This document shows positions 19,722 to 29,820 of a stretch of DNA of 64,000 bases, piece after piece; the first letter of the stretch is position 1; each line of letters begins with the position of its first letter. Under the pieces are notes generated by a model that worked only from the letters and a program-made list of their open reading frames with translations, made no database searches and was not told the origin of the DNA. The stretch is taken from positions 4,737-68,736 of the forward strand of contig JAYEOW010000029.1 in assembly GCA_034723395.1 (NCBI GenBank), read 5' to 3'. The position numbers and the translations under genes are program-made. This stretch comes from Candidatus Margulisiibacteriota bacterium (GTDB lineage: Bacteria; Margulisbacteria; WOR-1; O2-12-FULL-45-9).

Positions 19722-20969
19722 ATGAGAAGAAATTTTACTCTTTTACTCCTAATTCTTTTATTTGCCTCAACAGTTGTTGCAGGGATATTTATTTATGAAC
19801 CAAAGGACAAGCTTATTACTTTTAATGAAGTAGAAATGCTTAAAGGCGTCGGTAAAAACCTGGATATACTAAAAATTAACGATCAGAAGATAGGATTTAG
19901 TGCCAACGGTAATTTTAGCTGCGGACTGATCCTTTCGCGCGGAAAGAATCTGGTTGAGATAAGAGCGCTGGATAAAAATGGAGAGCATTTCACAAAAGAG
20001 GTGCGTATCCTAAGCTTAAAAAATTATCCGGACATCGAAACCCTTTACGACGGGAAAAAACATTGGGCCAGGACACAGATCATTTACCTTTCGACCATCG
20101 GCGTGATCGAAGGGTATCCCGATGGTGGTTTTTACCCGGGGAATCCGATCACCCGCGGAGAGTTGGCGACCTGGATCGCGCGGGCGAAGAAGTTGAGCGT
20201 AGCAAAGCTTGGCGGAGATCCGTTTTTTGATGTTCCAAAAGAGCGTTGGCGAGCACCATATATCAAGGCGGTGGTGGATGCCGGCTTTATGCGCGGCTAT
20301 GATAATGACACATTTGGGATTGATGAGCCAATATCCAGGCGTCAGGTGGCCGAAGTCGCCGTTTTAACCGAGGGGTATGAGGCGGTTGAGCGGATAAAAC
20401 CGATCTTTGTCGACGTTCCCAAAGAAGAACAGGGCGCATTCCCAATCTATGTTGCGCGGGAAAAAGGTTTGGTATTGGGAGTATCAAAAGATATCGACGT
20501 TTTTGAGCCGGACCGGGCGTTGACCCGGGCGGAAGCGGCCGCGCTGATTTCGAGATTTAAGATCTCTGCTGAACGGATAAAATATCTATTTAGCTTTGAA
20601 AAAGGTTTTGATAATGGCCGGCGCTGCAAAGTAAATCTTCCGCCAAAAATATTATCATTTTCGGTCGGGCCGGGTGAACTTAAAGCAAATAAACAAAACG
20701 TTGTAAAAGTCAGGGTTAAGATTGCCGATCGCGAAAATTTCTTCCCGATATCCAAGGTAAAGGTCGATCTTTCCGAAATTGGCGGGGCGCCGGACGCAGA
20801 GATGTTCGATAATGCTTCGCATGGGGACGAGAAGAAGGGGGATATGGTCTACTCCCTAAATCTTTCCCTCGAGCCGATAGAGAGCGGCAGTAAAAGCCTA
20901 ATGGTTACAGCAATCGATCGGTTGGGATGGGAGAGCAGAAAAGAGGCATTCCTGCTCGTAATAGAATAA
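19722..20969 (+). CDS. Secreted protein with three SLH domains and a C-terminal Ig-like domain
   Basis: Signal/TM N-terminus. Three SLH-like segments (…HWARTQIIYLSTIGVIEGYPDGGFYPGNPITRGELATWIARA, FFDVPKERW…, FVDVPKEEQ…). Confidence 0.7.
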   Translation: MRRNFTLLLLILLFASTVVAGIFIYEPKDKLITFNEVEMLKGVGKNLDILKINDQKIGFSANGNFSCGLILSRGKNLVEIRALDKNGEHFTKEVRILSLKNYPDIETLYDGKKHWARTQIIYLSTIGVIEGYPDGGFYPGNPITRGELATWIARAKKLSVAKLGGDPFFDVPKERWRAPYIKAVVDAGFMRGYDNDTFGIDEPISRRQVAEVAVLTEGYEAVERIKPIFVDVPKEEQGAFPIYVAREKGLVLGVSKDIDVFEPDRALTRAEAAALISRFKISAERIKYLFSFEKGFDNGRRCKVNLPPKILSFSVGPGELKANKQNVVKVRVKIADRENFFPISKVKVDLSEIGGAPDAEMFDNASHGDEKKGDMVYSLNLSLEPIESGSKSLMVTAIDRLGWESRKEAFLLVIE

Positions 20970-20973
20970 TTTA

Positions 20974-22635
20974 ATGAAAAAGTTTTTAATATTATTAATA
21001 GGCTTATCGGTTATCGTATCTCCGTCTTTTGCGGAATTAAAAGAGCTTGGAATTAATCCGCTGCGCTTAGAATTGGGGAGCAGACCGTTGGGGATGGGTG
21101 GGGCATTTACCGCGATCAGCGACGTGAACTCGGTGCTTTATAACCCGGGCGGCCTGGCTTGGGCAAAGGGAGTTTCGCTAACTTATCAGGACCCGCAGAA
21201 TCTCTCATTTTTACAGGCTTACCCCAATGGGGAGGGATCGTCTGCCGGCTTGGCTATCCTAAAGAAAACTTACTCCGGGATCCCTTTCCAAATAGGGGAG
21301 GCAAATTCAGGGAGCACGATCGTCTTACTATCTTATGGGACAAAACTAAACGCAATCCCGCGGCTCTACAAAAATCCTTTCTTTAAAAGATTCGGCATTG
21401 GCATAACGTTAAAAGGGCTGGTAGGGCAGACCCTAAGGCGGACGGGGTATTTTGACCGTTCGGCGACTGGATGGGATATCGATCTTGGCGTGATCTGGAA
21501 GGGTGGAGAGTGGTGGTCGGCCGGGGCAGCTCTGCATAATATATTACCGATAAATACTTTGGGCGGCGGAGCGGTGATCTGGGATGTGGGAGGGGAAGAG
21601 GGGATCCCGGCCTCTTTTAGATTTGGCAGTTCAGCAAAAATTATCGGTGACCTTGATGCTCCGATCTTTATGGAGGATCGAGAACTTATACTAAGCGGAG
21701 AGATCGATTTTTCGCGCATTAGAACGAGTCAGCTTAAATTAGGGGGAGAATGGTATTTCCAAAAACGGTTCTATCTCCGCAGCGGGATTGTAGCCGGGGA
21801 TGAAACCGATATTAACCTGGGAGCCGGTTTTAGGCGGGAAGATTGGGGGATTGACCTGGCATATTATCGGGAGCCGATTAAGAACGAAAGATACATCTCG
21901 GCCTCGCTCTCCTATTATCCAAAGGAGTGGGTGGTCCTTAAAAAATTAGATATCGCAAAACCAACCGTCATGCTTGAAAGGCCGATCGAAGAGCTTTCTT
22001 TAGAAGACAACATTGTAACTTATGATGACCGGATCGAAATTAACGGCCGCGTAAAACCGGGGGTAAAAGTTTACATCAATGGGCTCCCCGCATCACTAGA
22101 CAAGAATAACGCGTTTAAAGTCGTGGTTCCCCTCCGATTAAAGAAAAATTTAATTATTGTTGAGGCGCGCTACGAAGGGGAGAGGAAGGTCTGGAAATAT
22201 AAAGTTTTTAGAAAAGCTAAGATAAAGGTGTTGGAAGAAGAGCAATTAAAGAAAAAATTAAAAGAAGCAAAGAGCGCAAAAGAAAAGGCGGCGCTAGAGG
22301 CTAAAGAAAAAGAGATAGCAAGGAAGAAAAATAGGGTTGAATCATTTGTTACCATGGGAGTGATAGAAATTACCCCCGAGTCCGAATTTGTAATGGAGGC
22401 TCAAATTACAAGGGGAGAACTTGCCACCTGGTTAGTGAGGGCGGCGGGGATGAGAATTCCCGAAGTAAAAAGGGATCTCTATAAAGATGTGCCCAAAGAC
22501 CATCCGCTTGCCCCATATATTAAAGCGGTTACCGATATGAAGTTGCTGCAGCCGTTCCCGGATGGGACCTTCCGGCCGGGAGCATTTGTCTCCAAACAAG
22601 AGGGCGAAGAGATATTTAAGCGTTTTGGCAGATAA
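20974..22635 (+). CDS. Outer-membrane beta-barrel protein (FadL/OmpP1-like N-terminal motif) with C-terminal coiled coil and SLH domain
   Basis: Signal peptide, then LGSRPLGMGGAFTAISDVNSVLYNPGGLA (compare FadL sGlGrAysGeaaiAdDas...NPA). Alternating beta-strand-like segments, a K/E-rich coiled coil and an SLH-like C-terminus (ITRGELATWLVRAAG...YKDVPKDHPLAPYIKAVTD). Confidence 0.6.
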   Translation: MKKFLILLIGLSVIVSPSFAELKELGINPLRLELGSRPLGMGGAFTAISDVNSVLYNPGGLAWAKGVSLTYQDPQNLSFLQAYPNGEGSSAGLAILKKTYSGIPFQIGEANSGSTIVLLSYGTKLNAIPRLYKNPFFKRFGIGITLKGLVGQTLRRTGYFDRSATGWDIDLGVIWKGGEWWSAGAALHNILPINTLGGGAVIWDVGGEEGIPASFRFGSSAKIIGDLDAPIFMEDRELILSGEIDFSRIRTSQLKLGGEWYFQKRFYLRSGIVAGDETDINLGAGFRREDWGIDLAYYREPIKNERYISASLSYYPKEWVVLKKLDIAKPTVMLERPIEELSLEDNIVTYDDRIEINGRVKPGVKVYINGLPASLDKNNAFKVVVPLRLKKNLIIVEARYEGERKVWKYKVFRKAKIKVLEEEQLKKKLKEAKSAKEKAALEAKEKEIARKKNRVESFVTMGVIEITPESEFVMEAQITRGELATWLVRAAGMRIPEVKRDLYKDVPKDHPLAPYIKAVTDMKLLQPFPDGTFRPGAFVSKQEGEEIFKRFGR

Positions 22636-22636
22636 G

Positions 22637-23512
22637 ATGAAAATAGGACTATTAATACTATTAATGATAATGAATATATTGCCGGCGGCGGTTTCTGCGC
22701 AAAAAACCGTGGAGGCAGAGGGAGAAGCTTTGACCAAGGGGGAAGCGGTGATGCTCCTTTCGGCAACCGATTTTATGCGTAAAAAGATCGCTGACCTATT
22801 CTCGTGGACGATCGGTTATGATATTTCAAAACTTAGCCGGGTTAAACTTACTCCGAGCATAAATTATGTTAGAGTGGTCCCGCGTAAAATTCCTCCAGAC
22901 GGTAGAACTGTATTTGAAATCGTTGCCTCGGTTGATGATCCCGGCGGGCTTGGGAATGTTGCCGGAGTAAGGGCGGATCTAAGCTCGATCGGTCGGCTGC
23001 CGAACATGATGCTGGTAGATAACGGGCTTTTTGGCGATGAAAAAGCAGAAGATGGGATCTATACACTGCAGTCAAGTATCCCGATCGATATCGAGATTGG
23101 GAAAAAAGAGGTGCAGGTTGCGGTTGCCAATAAAAAGGGATGGCTTGCTTTGGCGAAAACAAGCATAGACATCAAGAAGAACCCGACTATAGCTGTGGCC
23201 AGGTTTACTCCAGACCGTGTAAAAGCAGATGGGTGGGATAACGTAATTTTAACCGTCAAGATCGATAATCCGGGTAGAAGCGAGGATCTTAGGGGGGTAA
23301 CCGCGGACCTGCGCGCGTTCGGGTATGGTAAACTTCTTTTGTTAAGGGACGACGGAAAAGGGGGAGATCTGGTGGCGAGGGACGATGTATACAGCTTAAA
23401 GTTCATCGTCCCGAGAGGGATCAAGCCGGGAGAGTATCCAATAAGGATCGGCGCCTCGAATCTGGCGTCGGGGTACGTTGCGGCCGATATTTTGTTGAAG
23501 GTATATAATTAA
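22637..23512 (+). CDS. Secreted protein with two Ig-like repeats (shared with the C-terminus of the 19722 gene)
   Basis: Start ATG 22637 (the ORF-track start 22562 overlaps the upstream gene). Signal peptide MKIGLLILLMIMNILPAAVSA. Repeated motif V.ADL...G......DDG.GGD..A.D.VYSL. Confidence 0.6.
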   Translation: MKIGLLILLMIMNILPAAVSAQKTVEAEGEALTKGEAVMLLSATDFMRKKIADLFSWTIGYDISKLSRVKLTPSINYVRVVPRKIPPDGRTVFEIVASVDDPGGLGNVAGVRADLSSIGRLPNMMLVDNGLFGDEKAEDGIYTLQSSIPIDIEIGKKEVQVAVANKKGWLALAKTSIDIKKNPTIAVARFTPDRVKADGWDNVILTVKIDNPGRSEDLRGVTADLRAFGYGKLLLLRDDGKGGDLVARDDVYSLKFIVPRGIKPGEYPIRIGASNLASGYVAADILLKVYN

Positions 23513-25716
23513 TGTTAACGACCTTGACCATTATAAGTGTTTTTATGGAGATCTTTGCCGCCGGCATATTAGCGGCTGGCGCGGTCACTTTCCTGAAAGA
23601 TTTTATATCCTTAAAAAAATTAAAGGACCTGGCTTTTAGCCTGGTCTTCCTCTCGCTTTTTGTCTACGTTGCCAGCACGATCGCTTCGCAAATGATGTTT
23701 AACTTCGGACGTCCGTTGTCCGAACTGATCCTGGTGCACAAAACAATCTCGACCAGCATCTTGCTTTCGGTCCTTTTTGTCTGGGGATTTATTGTCGAAC
23801 GCTTTGAGCTGAAAAAAGTCCGGTTAAGTTATCCGCTGGTCTTGCTGATGGTCGCTTTTTTTATTTACCAGGTTTACGGGGCCAACCTTAACCTGGTTTA
23901 TCGCGCGGGGGTCATTGAGCCGATCGTAAGTTTTTCGCTCTGGGTCCCGGTAACTCGCCTTTTTAGCCTGTCATGGATAATCCTGGCGACCTTTTCGTTC
24001 ATTAATGCGTTTAGGAATAGTGGGGGGAAGAGGGTGTTGGCGATTTTCCTGGGCGCCTCCTCGGTGATTATGCTTGCGGCTCTTTTTTGTTCTTTCTTGT
24101 ATCTCCAGTTAGGTGCGGCGGAGTACTTATTGATCTCGTGGATATTGATATTGATATCCAGCCTTGGTTTTCTTCTATCCGAGGTCATTCCCGTGGATTC
24201 GGAGGACGCTAAACGCCCGCTCCACTTTTTCAGGACGAGAGTGCTTTTTAAGTTGATTTTGATCTTTGTTCTTTTAATCGTGATCCTTTTTGAGACCACA
24301 ACTCTGGCGACCATTAACATTAGTAAGAGCGCGCTCTCCAAAGCGATCATTAATAGCTATCAAAGAGTGGCGCAAGAGCTCGCTCTGGAGGTAGAGTCTT
24401 TTCCGGAAACGCCGGATATTGAGCAGCTCCAACAGTTTGTTTCCCAGGTGAAAATCGATGGAAAAGGGATGGCTTTTATCATTGATAGCAGCGGGAAATT
24501 AGTCGCGCACCCCGACAAAAAAAGGGCGATCCAGAGGGAGCGTATGGTCGAGAATGGGGCGGTTAAAAGGTTGCTGGCGAACCGGAGTGGCGGGGGAGAA
24601 TATAAGGACGAGTTTGGGGATATGATGGTTGGCGCTTACGAGCCGATCCGGAAATTTGGGTGGGGAGTTGTCGTCCAGGAACCGATCGGATCAGCATATT
24701 ATGATCTTCGCCACCTCGAGACAAATTCGCTTCTTTTTGTGATCATTGGGATAATCATGACCTCGCTTGTGGGAATCTTTTTTGCCCGTTCAATTGAACG
24801 GCCGATCAAGGGCCTAACCGAGGGGACTGATGCGGTCGCCAAGGGGGACCTCAAGAGGCAGGTGACGGTCGATTCGGTGGATGAGATTGGGCGGCTCTCG
24901 GTTGCTTTTAACAAGATGACGCAGGATTTGCGTGACAGCCAGGAACGGTTAATCCTTTCGGAAAAGCTTGCCTCGCTAGGAACGATGGCGGCCGGGATGG
25001 CACATGAAATAAAGAATCCTCTGGTGTCGGTGCGCACCTTTACCCAGCTGCTTCAACTAAAATGGGAAGATAAAGCGTTCCGCGAAAAATTTTCCAGGAT
25101 TGTTCCTCAAGAGATCGAGCGGATAAACCGGATTGCCGAAAGCTTGCTGAAATTTGGCCGGCCAAGCAAGCCGGAGCTGACCAAGGCAGACATAAATGCG
25201 CTGTTGGATGAGGTCTTACTTTTATTTGAGAGTGAGTGCAAAAAAAATAATGTTAGAGTGACAAAAAAACTGGCTGAGCTCCCAACGGTTCCCGGCGACC
25301 CGGGGCAGCTGCAGCAGGTCTTTGTGAATTTGATAAAAAATGCAATTGAGGCAATGTCGGAAAAGGGCGGCGAATTGACCATAAAAACAGATATCGGCGA
25401 AGTAATGAAGTTGGGAAAGATGAACCGTCAAGGAAAGATCAAGGATGGGCAGGTTGTTTGGGGGGAGGAAGAAGACCTGGGAAAACCGCTGCCGGTAGTC
25501 TTTGTTGAAATAACTGATACGGGTGAAGGGATCCCTGAAGAAAATATCAAGAGCTTGTTTGATCCGTTCTTTACTACAAAAATGACGGGGACAGGCATGG
25601 GACTGCCGATCACGCTACGGATTATTGAAGAGCATAAAGGTTCTTTAAAAGTTAGAAGTCAACCGGAGAAGGGGACCACATTTTTACTTACTTTACCTCA
25701 GAAGCTTAGTTCTTAA
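23512..25716 (+). CDS. Sensor histidine kinase (7TM N-terminal region, Cache-like, HAMP, HisKA, HATPase_c)
   Basis: Multi-TM N-terminus, HAMP segment (SIERPIKGLTEGTDAVAKGDL), H-box LGTMAAGMAHEIKNPL and G1/G2 boxes. TAATG overlap with the upstream gene. Confidence 0.85.
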   Translation: MLTTLTIISVFMEIFAAGILAAGAVTFLKDFISLKKLKDLAFSLVFLSLFVYVASTIASQMMFNFGRPLSELILVHKTISTSILLSVLFVWGFIVERFELKKVRLSYPLVLLMVAFFIYQVYGANLNLVYRAGVIEPIVSFSLWVPVTRLFSLSWIILATFSFINAFRNSGGKRVLAIFLGASSVIMLAALFCSFLYLQLGAAEYLLISWILILISSLGFLLSEVIPVDSEDAKRPLHFFRTRVLFKLILIFVLLIVILFETTTLATINISKSALSKAIINSYQRVAQELALEVESFPETPDIEQLQQFVSQVKIDGKGMAFIIDSSGKLVAHPDKKRAIQRERMVENGAVKRLLANRSGGGEYKDEFGDMMVGAYEPIRKFGWGVVVQEPIGSAYYDLRHLETNSLLFVIIGIIMTSLVGIFFARSIERPIKGLTEGTDAVAKGDLKRQVTVDSVDEIGRLSVAFNKMTQDLRDSQERLILSEKLASLGTMAAGMAHEIKNPLVSVRTFTQLLQLKWEDKAFREKFSRIVPQEIERINRIAESLLKFGRPSKPELTKADINALLDEVLLLFESECKKNNVRVTKKLAELPTVPGDPGQLQQVFVNLIKNAIEAMSEKGGELTIKTDIGEVMKLGKMNRQGKIKDGQVVWGEEEDLGKPLPVVFVEITDTGEGIPEENIKSLFDPFFTTKMTGTGMGLPITLRIIEEHKGSLKVRSQPEKGTTFLLTLPQKLSS

Positions 25717-25752
25717 GCGAGCGGCATCGATTGAAATTTTTCCGAAAGCTTA

Positions 25753-25778
25753 GCAAAGAAACTTTGCGTAGTTTTCTG
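25753..25778 (+). terminator. Weak candidate intrinsic terminator after the histidine kinase gene
   Basis: gcaaag-aaa-ctttgc hairpin followed by gtagttttctg. Confidence 0.25.
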
Positions 25779-25956
25779 ACTTGGAGAAACTCGATTTTGA
25801 GACCCCACAACTTTAAGAGAGTGGAATTTATCATCTAGTTTTATGTTTCCACCGGTTGTGATTTTCTTTCCGTTGATTATAACTGAATGATTATTTACCG
25901 GCCCTACATTCATAGCATTTCCTCTATATTATTTATCGTGATAAGAAGCCAAAAAC

Positions 25957-25985
25957 TTGCGTCAAGTTGCCGCGATTGCTATAAT
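25957..25985 (+). promoter_or_regulatory. Sigma-70-like promoter for clpC (TTGCGT-17 nt-TATAAT), giving a near-leaderless transcript
   Basis: TATAAT at 25980-25985 lies only 9 nt before the clpC ATG at 25995. Confidence 0.4.
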
Positions 25986-25994
25986 CATTCAATC

Positions 25995-28478
25995 ATGGCA
26001 ATGTTTGAACGATTTACCGAGCGCGCGGTACGAATTATTATGGCGGCCCAAGAGGAGGCCAAGCGCCTCGGTTCTCCATTTGTAGGGGCAGAACATCTTC
26101 TTTTGGGGATGATCCGTGAGGGAGAGCCGATTGTTATCAAGACCTTTGAGGCTTTTCGGATAGGTCCGGAAGAGATCAAGGAGCGGATCGAAGAAGAGCT
26201 TTCGATCGAGCCAGCCCCTAAAAAAGTTGGACCGGAGATACCGTTTAATGCCCAGGTGAAAAAGGTGATCGAGCTTGCCTGGGACGAGGCGCGCGGATTA
26301 GGCCACAGCTATGTCGGGGTAGAGCATCTATTTCTCGGAATATTGCGCGAAGGGAGCGGCGCTGTCGGGGAGATATTAAATGAAGTTGGTATTAATATTA
26401 CGACCGCGAAAAACAGGATCGTCGGAGTGATTGGGGAGAGCTCGGTCGCCCACAAAAAGATCCCGCGAGCATCCCGTACCCCGATTTTAGACAGTTTTAG
26501 CCGCGATCTAACTGTGATGGCGCGGGAGAAAAAACTCGATCCGGTGATCGGTCGTATGAAAGAGATCGAACGCGTTATCCAGATCCTTTCCCGGCGTAAA
26601 AAGAATAATCCGGTATTGATCGGTGAGGCGGGGGTTGGTAAGACCGCGATCGTCGAAGGTTTGGCCCAGCGAATAAAAAACGGGAATGTCCCTCCTCCGC
26701 TTTTGGGTAAACGATTGGTCACGCTGGATATGGGGCTATTAATCGCCGGAACCCGTTACCGGGGAGAGTTTGAAGAGCGGATGAAAAAGGTTATCAGCGA
26801 GGTAACCAAAGACGGGAAGGTAATCCTTTTTATCGATGAATTACATACATTAATTGGCGCAGGAGCGGCCGAAGGGGCGATGGACGCGGCCAATATTTTA
26901 AAACCCGCCCTGGCGCGCGGAGAGCTGCAGGTGATCGGGGCGACCACGATCGATGAGTTCAGAAAAAAGATCGAGTCTGATCCTGCGCTAGAGCGCAGAT
27001 TTCAATCGGTGATGGTCGAAGAGCCGAGCGTCCATGAAACGATCGAGATCTTGAGGGGATTGCGCGGCCGCTATGAGGATTTTCATAAAGTAAAGATAAC
27101 GAATGATGCGCTCGTATCTGCCGGGAGGCTGTCTGCCCGCTACATTTCAGATAGATTCCTGCCGGATAAAGCGATCGACCTGATAGATGAAGCGGCTTCA
27201 AAGGTGATGCTTAGCTCTTCAATTGCTCCGCCCGAGCTGGTTGAAATAACCAAAGAGATAGAAAAGGCTAAGGGGGAGAAAGAGAACGCAGTAGAGAACC
27301 AAGAATTTGAGGTAGCGGCCAAACTTAGAGATAAAGAAGAGGCACTTCGACTGCAGTACGAAGCAGTTTCTAAAAAAATGACCGGGATCAGCCGTGAAGG
27401 CTACCCGGAAGTGAATTCTGAAATCATCGCTCAGGTTGTCTCTGCCTGGACCAGGGTTCCGGTCACTCAATTAACCCAGGAAGAGACCGAAAGACTGCTT
27501 AAGATGGAAGACGAGATTAAAAAACGGGTGATCGGGCAGGAAGAAGCGGTAAAGGTCATCTCTAAGTCTATCCGAAGAGCCCGTGCCGGATTAAAAGATG
27601 CCAAAAGGCCGATTGGCTCTTTTATCTTTTTGGGTCCTTCTGGGGTGGGAAAAACTGAACTGGGAAAAAGATTGGCCGAGTTTTTATTTGGAGATGTTGA
27701 CGCTATGATCCGGATCGATATGTCAGAATATCTAGAGCAGCATACGGTTTCAAGATTAATCGGTTCTCCTCCCGGATATGTCGGATTTGGCGAAGGGGGA
27801 CAACTGACCGAGCCGGTAAGAAGGCGGCCTCATTCGGTCGTCCTTTTTGACGAGATCGAAAAGGCGCACCCCAATGTTATGAACATTCTGCTGCAGATCC
27901 TTGATGAAGGAAAAGTGACCGACGCGCAAGGGCGCGCGATCGATTTTAAAAATACGGTTATTATCATGACCAGCAATGTAGGTGCCGACTTGATTCGAAA
28001 ACAAACCGCGATCGGTTTTGTTACCCGCGATGACGCGCAGGCCTCCTATGAAAAGATGAAAGAGACAGTAGTCGAACAGATGAACAAGGAATTCCGCCCG
28101 GAATTCTTGAACCGGGTAGATGAAAAGGTCGTCTTTCGCCCGTTATCAAAAGAAGATCTGGTTTCGATCGTCGATATTATGATCGGAGATATTAATAAAC
28201 GATTGGAAGAGAAGGGATTATCAATTAAAGTTACCAAAAAAGTTAAGGAATTTCTGGTCGATAAAGGATACGATCCAAAGCTGGGCGCACGGCCGCTCCG
28301 CCGTTCGATCCAGGAACATATTGAAGATCCGCTATCAGAAGAGGTCCTAAAAGGCCGCTTTGGCTACGGAAGCAAAATTTCTTTAAAAGTTGAAAAAGAT
28401 AAGATTGTTTTTACGGGGACAAAGGGGAAGAGATCGATAAGATCCAAGACCAAAAAAGATGAGCCCGCAATTAGCTAA
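25995..28478 (+). CDS. clpC: ATP-dependent Clp protease ATP-binding subunit ClpC
   Basis: Start at [12 protein letters not shown]. Two Clp_N repeats, two AAA+ modules ([18 protein letters not shown]) and a UVR-like linker. Confidence 0.9.
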   Translation: MAMFERFTERAVRIIMAAQEEAKRLGSPFVGAEHLLLGMIREGEPIVIKTFEAFRIGPEEIKERIEEELSIEPAPKKVGPEIPFNAQVKKVIELAWDEARGLGHSYVGVEHLFLGILREGSGAVGEILNEVGINITTAKNRIVGVIGESSVAHKKIPRASRTPILDSFSRDLTVMAREKKLDPVIGRMKEIERVIQILSRRKKNNPVLIGEAGVGKTAIVEGLAQRIKNGNVPPPLLGKRLVTLDMGLLIAGTRYRGEFEERMKKVISEVTKDGKVILFIDELHTLIGAGAAEGAMDAANILKPALARGELQVIGATTIDEFRKKIESDPALERRFQSVMVEEPSVHETIEILRGLRGRYEDFHKVKITNDALVSAGRLSARYISDRFLPDKAIDLIDEAASKVMLSSSIAPPELVEITKEIEKAKGEKENAVENQEFEVAAKLRDKEEALRLQYEAVSKKMTGISREGYPEVNSEIIAQVVSAWTRVPVTQLTQEETERLLKMEDEIKKRVIGQEEAVKVISKSIRRARAGLKDAKRPIGSFIFLGPSGVGKTELGKRLAEFLFGDVDAMIRIDMSEYLEQHTVSRLIGSPPGYVGFGEGGQLTEPVRRRPHSVVLFDEIEKAHPNVMNILLQILDEGKVTDAQGRAIDFKNTVIIMTSNVGADLIRKQTAIGFVTRDDAQASYEKMKETVVEQMNKEFRPEFLNRVDEKVVFRPLSKEDLVSIVDIMIGDINKRLEEKGLSIKVTKKVKEFLVDKGYDPKLGARPLRRSIQEHIEDPLSEEVLKGRFGYGSKISLKVEKDKIVFTGTKGKRSIRSKTKKDEPAIS

Positions 28479-29820
28479 GTACGTTTGCCAATCGTGCGGC
28501 CAGGATTACCCCAAGTGGGAAGGGCAGTGTAGGAGTTGTGGGGAGTGGAATAGCCTTGAAGAGGAAGTCCGAAATCCTAAATCCGAAGGCCAAAACAAAT
28601 TCGAAATTCCAAATATCAAACCTCAAAAGCCGGTTGCGATTACGGAAGTTGAAATTGAAGTAGAGGAGAGAGATAAGACCGGGATTGCGGAGGTTGATCG
28701 GGTTTTGGGTGGGGGAGTAGTAGCAGGCTCAGTTGTTCTAGTTTCTGGAGAGCCAGGGATTGGAAAATCGACAATGATGCTGCAGGCAGCGGAGGCTTTA
28801 AGTAAAATCGAGAAGGTTCTATATGTAAGTGGGGAAGAATCGGCTAAGCAGATCAAACTTCGCGCACAAAGACTGGGAACCCTTTCGAAAAATCTAATCC
28901 TTCTGCCCGAAACCAATATCTTTGCTATTCAAAAAGCGATCGATGAAGTAAAGCCGAAGTTTTTGGTAATCGATTCGATCCAAACCATGTATCGGGAGGA
29001 TATTACATCGGCTCCGGGATCGGTTTCGCAGGTTAGAGAGAGCGCAAACTATCTGGTTAAGATCGCAAAATCGACCGGGATCCCTGTTTTTATCGTCGGA
29101 CATGTGACCAAAGATGGAAATATTGCCGGTCCAAGAGTTTTGGAACATGTGGTCGATACTGTTCTTTACTTTGAGGGGGAGAGACATAAACAGTATCGCA
29201 TTCTCCGGGTAACCAAGAATCGTTTCGGCTCGACCAATGAAGTCGGAATATTTGAAATGCGGGATAAGGGATTGATCGAAGTTGCCAATCCTTCGCAGGT
29301 TTTCCTTTCCGAGCGGCCTAAGGAGTCTTCTGGTTCAGTTGTGACTGCAGCTATTGAGGGGACGCGTCCGCTACTGGTCGAAATTCAAGCATTAGTCCAT
29401 CCGAGCAAGATGGCCTATCCGATCAGAAAGTCTACCGGGGTGGATTATAACCGTGTTTCGATCATTCTTGCTGTTCTAGAAAAGCAGCTGGGGTTAAAAC
29501 TATCAAATTCTGATGTTTATGTTAATGCGGCAGGTGGAGTTAGAATTTCAGAACCAGCGATCGACCTGCCGATTGCGATTGCAGTTGCTTCTTGTTATAA
29601 AAATAAACCATTTAACTTCGAAACTGCGGTAGTTGGGGAGATTGGTCTTGCTGGAGAGATCCGTTCGGTTAATCAAATAGAACAACGAGTAAAAGAAGCA
29701 GAGAAATTAGGATTTAAAAAGATCATTATTCCCAAAGCAAACTTGAAAGAGGTTAAAAAATCAAAAATAGCTGTGATCAACTTTTCTTCTATCCGTGAAG
29801 CTTTTACAGGTATTTCCTAG
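28459..29820 (+). CDS. radA: DNA repair protein RadA/Sms
   Basis: N-terminal zinc ribbon CQSCGQDYPKWEGQCRSCGEW, RecA-like Walker A GEPGIGKST, Lon-like C-terminus. Confidence 0.9.
   Translation: MSPQLAKYVCQSCGQDYPKWEGQCRSCGEWNSLEEEVRNPKSEGQNKFEIPNIKPQKPVAITEVEIEVEERDKTGIAEVDRVLGGGVVAGSVVLVSGEPGIGKSTMMLQAAEALSKIEKVLYVSGEESAKQIKLRAQRLGTLSKNLILLPETNIFAIQKAIDEVKPKFLVIDSIQTMYREDITSAPGSVSQVRESANYLVKIAKSTGIPVFIVGHVTKDGNIAGPRVLEHVVDTVLYFEGERHKQYRILRVTKNRFGSTNEVGIFEMRDKGLIEVANPSQVFLSERPKESSGSVVTAAIEGTRPLLVEIQALVHPSKMAYPIRKSTGVDYNRVSIILAVLEKQLGLKLSNSDVYVNAAGGVRISEPAIDLPIAIAVASCYKNKPFNFETAVVGEIGLAGEIRSVNQIEQRVKEAEKLGFKKIIIPKANLKEVKKSKIAVINFSSIREAFTGIS

Noticed and set aside
25713-25913. 66-aa minus-strand ORF between the histidine kinase and clpC
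   Set aside because: No RBS. It overlaps the predicted clpC promoter region and has low-complexity sequence, so it is more likely a non-coding regulatory spacer.
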